From an uncultured Bacteroides sp. (GTDB lineage: Bacteria; Bacteroidota; Bacteroidia; Bacteroidales; Muribaculaceae), in contig CAYTLU010000165.1 in NCBI GenBank assembly GCA_964438665.1, positions 1-47,086 of the forward strand: DNA of 47,086 nucleotides, written 5' to 3'. A model generated the notes under the pieces. It had not been told where the DNA came from and did no database searches. It saw only the letters and a list, made by a program, of their open reading frames with translations. Positions 41,868-47,086 of this stretch are shown here, piece by piece (within the stretch, counting starts at the first letter, position 1; each line of letters starts with the position of its first letter). The translations under genes were made by a program, and so were the position numbers.

Positions 41868-41903
41868 GCAGCCAAAGACCGGTTTCTTTGGCTGCATTTT
41901 TTT
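41868..41903 (+). terminator. Intrinsic terminator after dnaA
   Basis: GCAGCCAAAGA-CCGGTT-TCTTTGGCTGC followed by T7. Confidence 0.85.
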
Positions 41904-41933
41904 CTGAAAGAGAAGCCGAAATAAGCAAAAATC

Positions 41934-43064
41934 CTATCTTCCGGAAAGCCGACGTCGCAAAGGCTCATCATAGTATTTGAGGGCGACCCACGCCGTCACA
42001 ATCGAGGCGGCGACAGCGGCAATCGCGCCCGGAACAGCTTCGGAAAACGAAAGCCCATTCGACCACACCCAATGATAGAACAGATACATAAAAGGGTAAT
42101 GGACGATATAAACCGGATAAGATAGACGCCCAAGCATATCACAAACGTCTCCGGAACGCTCCCGACCGGTGTCGCCGGACGCCCCGATATAAAGAATGAC
42201 CGGAAAAACAACAACGACACACAGCGAATCATACAAGCCATTGATCCATCCTGTTCCGGATGCAATATCACCCCAAAAAGGCATCGCCAGCAAACCGACA
42301 ATCAGAATGGTGCATATCCAGAAAGCCCCGCGGATGTGGCGCGGACGATACAAGCGCGCCATCAGAAGGCCGACAGTGAACGAAAAGCAGAGACGAAGCA
42401 TCCCGCCGATAAAATTATACTCTCCAAGCGTCCATCCGACACCAAGATGATAAAAACCTGAAAAATTGCCTATGGAAAAGCAGAACAAGCCGATGCCGGC
42501 AACGATCGCCAAAGCCATCAGAACCTTTGTCGGCAACCGGCGAAGCAACAACGCATAGACAATATTGCCGATATACTCAAAGAAAAGCGACCATGACGGT
42601 CCGTTAAGCGGAAACATCTCTCCATTTCCTCTGACATCATAGGGCGCGCCGGGATATGCAGGCACAAGAAACATCGCAAGAAGAGCCGAAACGAGCGTCC
42701 AATGCAGAGCGACCGGTTCACCGTCCCATCGGTCGAATCCCTGCAAGGCAAAGCTGACAAGCCCGAGAACAACTCCCAGCATCAGCATAGGATGCAGGCG
42801 GAGCAGACGGCGGCGGAAGAAATTCCTGACCGTCAACCGACCGCCACGCCAACGCCGGTCATAGGCATGGCCAATCACGAAACCGGAAAGCATAAAGAAA
42901 AAATCTACAGCCAAATAACCGTGATTGACAATCTGGTCCGCTGAAGATGTGGCAAACCCCTCCCCGATATGATAGCATATCACCACCAGCGCGGCCACAC
43001 CACGCAGTCCATCGAGAAGCTTATATCTTATTGGAGCTGAAAAAGTCTGCTGGTCCGGCTGCAT
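41934..43064 (-). CDS. Acyltransferase family 3 (OafA/YrhL-like) membrane protein
   Basis: LDGLRGVAAL, GYLAVDFFFMLSGFV, RRLLRLHP, WSLFFEY and LGRLSYPVYIVHYP motifs. Confidence 0.92.
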   Translation of the reverse strand: MQPDQQTFSAPIRYKLLDGLRGVAALVVICYHIGEGFATSSADQIVNHGYLAVDFFFMLSGFVIGHAYDRRWRGGRLTVRNFFRRRLLRLHPMLMLGVVLGLVSFALQGFDRWDGEPVALHWTLVSALLAMFLVPAYPGAPYDVRGNGEMFPLNGPSWSLFFEYIGNIVYALLLRRLPTKVLMALAIVAGIGLFCFSIGNFSGFYHLGVGWTLGEYNFIGGMLRLCFSFTVGLLMARLYRPRHIRGAFWICTILIVGLLAMPFWGDIASGTGWINGLYDSLCVVVVFPVILYIGASGDTGRERSGDVCDMLGRLSYPVYIVHYPFMYLFYHWVWSNGLSFSEAVPGAIAAVAASIVTAWVALKYYDEPLRRRLSGR

Positions 43065-43069
43065 TTTGT

Positions 43070-43804
43070 CTAAAAGCCTTGATTTTCAATGAAGTCACGA
43101 AACAACTTCGAGAAATATTCATTGTCCGACTTTTTGTAGCGGACATCGGTGAACACCTGCGCAAGCGACTGCTTGCCGTTTTCAACGACATACTGCTTAT
43201 TTTCAGGCAGAGACTCCTTATAAGAATATATTTGACGGATTTTATCGTCCGTATAGTCAGCATACGTCTCGTCATGAACTATTCCGGACAACGGCAGGCG
43301 GTCACATTTCGGAGACTCGCCGGAAGGATATCCGACTGTCAGCGTCACCACCGGTACAACGCGCTTCGGAAGATTCAGCAACCCGGCTATCTGCGGTGCA
43401 TTATAGGTAGTTGTGCCCAGATAGCAACATCCGAGACCGTTCATTTCCGCTATCGTACAAAACTGTTGCGCAAATATCGTTGTGTCAATCACAGCCCAGA
43501 CAAACGCTTGAAAATTTTCATAGCCCGGATCTGCACCATTGATCCTGCACCAATGTTCAAAACGATTGAAATCGGCACAAAATGTCAGAACGACCGATGC
43601 GCTTTCCACGGAAGGCTGATTGAAATGAGCCGGGGCGAGAGCCTTCTTCCCTTCGGCCGATCGGGTTACCACTACGGAATACAGCTGCATGTTTCCGGTA
43701 TTCGGAGCCTCCGCCGCAGCTTCAAGCATCGCTTCAAGAAACTCTTGCTTAACCTGCTTATCTGAATAACTGCGCACCGTGCGACGATGTCTGAAGAAAT
43801 CCAT
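43070..43804 (-). CDS. NfsA/Frp-family nitroreductase (flavin oxidoreductase)
   Basis: RRTVRSY, APNTGNMQLYSVV, FCADFNR, GLGCCYLG, LTVGYP and RLPL..IVH motifs. Confidence 0.92.
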   Translation of the reverse strand: MDFFRHRRTVRSYSDKQVKQEFLEAMLEAAAEAPNTGNMQLYSVVVTRSAEGKKALAPAHFNQPSVESASVVLTFCADFNRFEHWCRINGADPGYENFQAFVWAVIDTTIFAQQFCTIAEMNGLGCCYLGTTTYNAPQIAGLLNLPKRVVPVVTLTVGYPSGESPKCDRLPLSGIVHDETYADYTDDKIRQIYSYKESLPENKQYVVENGKQSLAQVFTDVRYKKSDNEYFSKLFRDFIENQGF

Positions 43805-43842
43805 AACGAATGATTGATTATAGTTTGTCTGATATAAGATTT

Positions 43843-43850
43843 CAAAATTA
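43843..43850 (-). promoter_or_regulatory. -7 promoter element (TAATTTTG) for nitroreductase-acyltransferase
   Basis: TAnnTTTG 38 nt upstream of the ATG. Confidence 0.55.
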
Positions 43851-44095
43851 GGAATATTTTTTCATCCGGGCAAGAACTCAAATAAAAGTTTTAAACAATT
43901 TCAGACAGTGCCGAAAAAATCTATAACATTGTAATTCCGACAGATAGCGAAAATAATCGGAAAATTTATCAACAATCAATAAGAATCATGATTTTTATTT
44001 TGATAATTGAAAATTAATGACAAATTTTGCATTCGGATTTCAACAATAGACATTTCTTGCAATCATTATCTCATACATAACACATACAACCAATC

Positions 44096-46627
44096 GTGGA
44101 AAATAAAACTTACACCTACGACGAGGCCTATGATGCTTCGCTGAAATACTTTGACGGCGACGAGCTTGCAGCCAGAGTTTGGGTCAGCAAGTATGCCTTG
44201 AAAGACTCTTTCGGCAACATCTATGAATTGTCGCCCACCGACATGCACCATCGAATTGCATCCGAGTTGGCAAGAATCGAAAACAATTATGCCAACCCTA
44301 TGAGCCATGACGAAATTTTCAGTCTGCTGGACCACTTCCGCTATATCGTGCCTCAAGGAAGCCCGATGACAGGTATCGGCAACAACCATCAGGTTGCATC
44401 GTTGAGCAACTGTTTTGTAATCGGAGTTGACGGCAAGCCGGATTCTTATGGCGGCGTCATCAAGATCGATGAAGAACAGGTCCAGCTGATGAAACGCCGC
44501 GGCGGTGTCGGTCACGATCTGTCACACATCCGTCCGAAAGGCACACCGGTCAAGAATTCCGCACTGACATCGACCGGCATCGTACCTTTCATGGAACGCT
44601 ACTCCAACTCCACCCGCGAAGTGGCACAGGATGGTCGCCGGGGAGCACTGATGTTGACGGTCAGCATCAAGCACCCCGATTCAGAGGCATTCATTGATGC
44701 AAAGATGATAGAGGGGAAAGTGACAGGTGCAAACGTGTCCGTACGCATAACCGATGATTTCATGCAGGCTGCTGTCGATGAAAAGCCATTCATACAGCAA
44801 TACCCCATCGATGCGGCCAATCCGTCAATCACAAAAGAGATTGACGCATCACGGCTTTGGAAAAAAATAGTTCACAACGCATGGAAATCAGCAGAACCGG
44901 GAGTGCTTTTCTGGGATACTATCACACGCGAGTCAGTTCCCGATTGCTATGCCGATCTGGGCTTCCAGACAATCTCCACAAATCCTTGCGGTGAAATTCC
45001 TCTATGCCCATACGACAGTTGCCGTCTGTTGGCGTTAAACCTATACTCCTATGTAAAAGATCCGTTTACAGACAAAGCCGCGTTTGATTTCGATCTCTTC
45101 CATTCGCATGTGGCCAAAGCTCAGCGTATCATGGATGACATCATCGACCTTGAAATGGAGAAGATAGACTTGATCATCCACAAGATAGCATCTGATCCCG
45201 AAACCGATGAGGTGAAACAGACCGAACTTAACCTCTGGCACAAAATACGCAACAAAACGCTCAAAGGCCGCCGCACCGGTGTCGGCACGACCGGTGAAGG
45301 CGACATGCTCGCTGCCCTCGGACTGCGCTACGGCACACCGGAAGCAACCGCTTTTTCAACAGAAGTCCACAAACAACTGGCTCTCGCTGCCTACGGGTCA
45401 AGCGTGGTTATGGCAGAAGAACGCGGCGCGTTTGAAATATACAATGCAGAGCGCGAAGCCAACAACCCATACATCGCGCGTCTGCGCGAAGCTTCGCCGG
45501 AATTATACAACCGCATGGTCAAGAGCGGACGGCGCAACATAGCCTGCCTGACTATAGCCCCGACCGGAACCACCAGCCTCATGACCCAGACATCCAGCGG
45601 CATCGAACCGGTTTTCATGCCCGTTTACAAACGCCGTCGCAAGGTCAACCCGAACGATACTGAAGTGCGCATTGATTATGTCGATGAATCGGGTGACGCA
45701 TTTGAGGAATATATAGTATATCATCCCAAGTTCATCACGTGGATGAATATCGCCGGAATTGAGGTTAAACCCGACTACACTCAGGAAGAACTGGACGCAA
45801 TCGTAGCCAAGTCGCCCTACTACAAAGCCACAGCCAATGATGTCAACTGGCTGGAAAAAGTGCGTATGCAGGGAAGCGTTCAGAAATGGGTTGACCATTC
45901 CATTTCAGTCACCATCAACCTTCCGTCGGATGTCTCGGAAGAACTGGTCGGCAAGCTATATCTTGAAGCCTGGCAATCCGGCTGCAAGGGATGCACCGTC
46001 TATCGCGACGGCTCTCGCTCGGGCGTATTGCTGTCTGTCGGTAAAAAGAAGGAGCCGCAGACCACCGAAGGCCATCCAATTGTAGCGAAACGTCCTATCG
46101 AACTTGAAGCCGATGTGGTCCGTTTCCAAAACAACAAAGAAAAATGGATTGCATTCGTCGGGCTGCTCAATGGCCGTCCGTATGAAATATTTACAGGTCT
46201 TGCCGATGACGATGAAGGCATCTTCTGCCCGAAATCAGTCACTCGCGGCAAAATCGTAAAAGCCATTGACGAAAAAGGCAACAAGCGATATGACTTCCAA
46301 TTCACCAACAAGCGAGGCTACAAAACGACAATCGAGGGCCTGAGCGACAAATTCAAGCCGGAATACTGGAACTATGCCAAACTCATTTCCGGAGTGCTCC
46401 GCTATGGGATGCCGATCGATCAGGTGCTGAAACTCGTGGGCGGGCTAGAACTTGACTCCCAGAGCATCAATACGTGGAAGATGGGCGTTGAGCGCGCATT
46501 GAAGAAATATCTCCCCAACGGAACGAAAGCAAAGGGACAGACATGTCCCAACTGCGGACAGGAGACTCTGGTATATCAGGAAGGATGCCTGATATGCACC
46601 TCATGCGGCACATCGCGTTGCGGCTAA
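44096..46627 (+). CDS. nrdJ: Class II (adenosylcobalamin-dependent) ribonucleoside-diphosphate reductase
   Basis: SLSNCFV, RRGGVG, TNPCGEIPL, TIAPTGTTS, SSGIEP, DHSISVTINLP and KGCTVYRDGSR motifs; C-terminal CPNC…CTSC. No adjacent beta subunit. GTG start. Confidence 0.95.
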   Translation: MENKTYTYDEAYDASLKYFDGDELAARVWVSKYALKDSFGNIYELSPTDMHHRIASELARIENNYANPMSHDEIFSLLDHFRYIVPQGSPMTGIGNNHQVASLSNCFVIGVDGKPDSYGGVIKIDEEQVQLMKRRGGVGHDLSHIRPKGTPVKNSALTSTGIVPFMERYSNSTREVAQDGRRGALMLTVSIKHPDSEAFIDAKMIEGKVTGANVSVRITDDFMQAAVDEKPFIQQYPIDAANPSITKEIDASRLWKKIVHNAWKSAEPGVLFWDTITRESVPDCYADLGFQTISTNPCGEIPLCPYDSCRLLALNLYSYVKDPFTDKAAFDFDLFHSHVAKAQRIMDDIIDLEMEKIDLIIHKIASDPETDEVKQTELNLWHKIRNKTLKGRRTGVGTTGEGDMLAALGLRYGTPEATAFSTEVHKQLALAAYGSSVVMAEERGAFEIYNAEREANNPYIARLREASPELYNRMVKSGRRNIACLTIAPTGTTSLMTQTSSGIEPVFMPVYKRRRKVNPNDTEVRIDYVDESGDAFEEYIVYHPKFITWMNIAGIEVKPDYTQEELDAIVAKSPYYKATANDVNWLEKVRMQGSVQKWVDHSISVTINLPSDVSEELVGKLYLEAWQSGCKGCTVYRDGSRSGVLLSVGKKKEPQTTEGHPIVAKRPIELEADVVRFQNNKEKWIAFVGLLNGRPYEIFTGLADDDEGIFCPKSVTRGKIVKAIDEKGNKRYDFQFTNKRGYKTTIEGLSDKFKPEYWNYAKLISGVLRYGMPIDQVLKLVGGLELDSQSINTWKMGVERALKKYLPNGTKAKGQTCPNCGQETLVYQEGCLICTSCGTSRCG

Positions 46628-46649
46628 AAGCCACTCCCCGCTCCGCACG

Positions 46650-47086
46650 TCAGATATAATCCAAGCCCTGAGAGACACGCTTCAGTTTCTCAGGGCTTAA
46701 TTTTTTCATGACATTGGCCGGCGGACGACCCGCGGCCAGTTCGGCAGCCATGAAATCCATATATGGAGCGACATGGGCAAAAAAACGGCGATACCCATCG
46801 CAGAGATAGTTAAGACCCGGCTGACCTGAAGCAGTGATCATAAAACGATTTTTCGGACATTCGCCGTTGCATATCCGGGTAAAGCGGCACTCAAGACACT
46901 GATCGGGCAAGCTGCCGCGTTTCGCCGCACCGAACGTCCGCTGGCGAGGATCGCACATCATATTGATAATGGAGTCCGTGTGGATGTTTCCCAAACGATA
47001 TTGCGGAAACACGAAATGATCACACGAATAGACATCGCCATTATAGTCAACGATTCCGGCATGACCGCATACGTCACTCATCGAAC
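46650..47086 (-). CDS. Anaerobic sulfatase-maturating enzyme (radical SAM/SPASM, anSME/ChuR-like), 3' part only
   Basis: SPASM motifs CGHAG…NGDVYSCDHFV, CLECRF..ICNGECPKNRF and LNYLCDGY. Frame runs off the window end. Confidence 0.92.
   Translation of the reverse strand, partial: SMSDVCGHAGIVDYNGDVYSCDHFVFPQYRLGNIHTDSIINMMCDPRQRTFGAAKRGSLPDQCLECRFTRICNGECPKNRFMITASGQPGLNYLCDGYRRFFAHVAPYMDFMAAELAAGRPPANVMKKLSPEKLKRVSQGLDYI

Noticed and set aside
44096..46627. Intein or intron in nrdJ
   Set aside because: The ORF is continuous, 843 aa with catalytic motifs in normal order and no splicing motifs seen.

Overview
This is a core-genome segment of a gut Bacteroidales bacterium, most likely Muribaculaceae-like. 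The assignment is inferred from the protein families, the TAnnTTTG promoters, the AT-rich leaders without Shine-Dalgarno motifs and the short Bacteroidota-type primary sigma factor. About 43 densely packed housekeeping CDSs are present: nusB-yajC-ybbR-coaE, sppA-lpxK-punA-thiL, cdsA-purM-mltF-DUF3332-gpmA, a membrane protein/PstS-like/TPR triad, rarA, an ECF sigma/anti-sigma/DUF4252 triad, an aquaporin, rplU-rpmA, a large T9SS-type GH2, rpoD, pta-ackA-ddh-AGCS transporter, sufT-lpxH, DUF2007-glnA, a thioredoxin-fold gene, gldB, amidase-MCE-dnaA, nitroreductase-acyltransferase, nrdJ and the 3' end of an anaerobic sulfatase maturase. No mobile element, CRISPR array, tRNA or rRNA was seen. The best leads are non-coding or domain-level: (1) a ~90-nt promoter-to-terminator RNA behind a Cur(BT4338)-like palindrome, directly upstream of DUF2007-glnA; (2) a ~140-nt multi-stem 5' leader on a cysteine-free thioredoxin-fold gene; (3) a structured GC-rich rplU leader; (4) a NusB with an internally duplicated domain; and (5) an aquaporin with an altered ar/R filter and a Cys-rich tail. 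All family assignments come from reading motifs by eye; no searches or folding programs were run.
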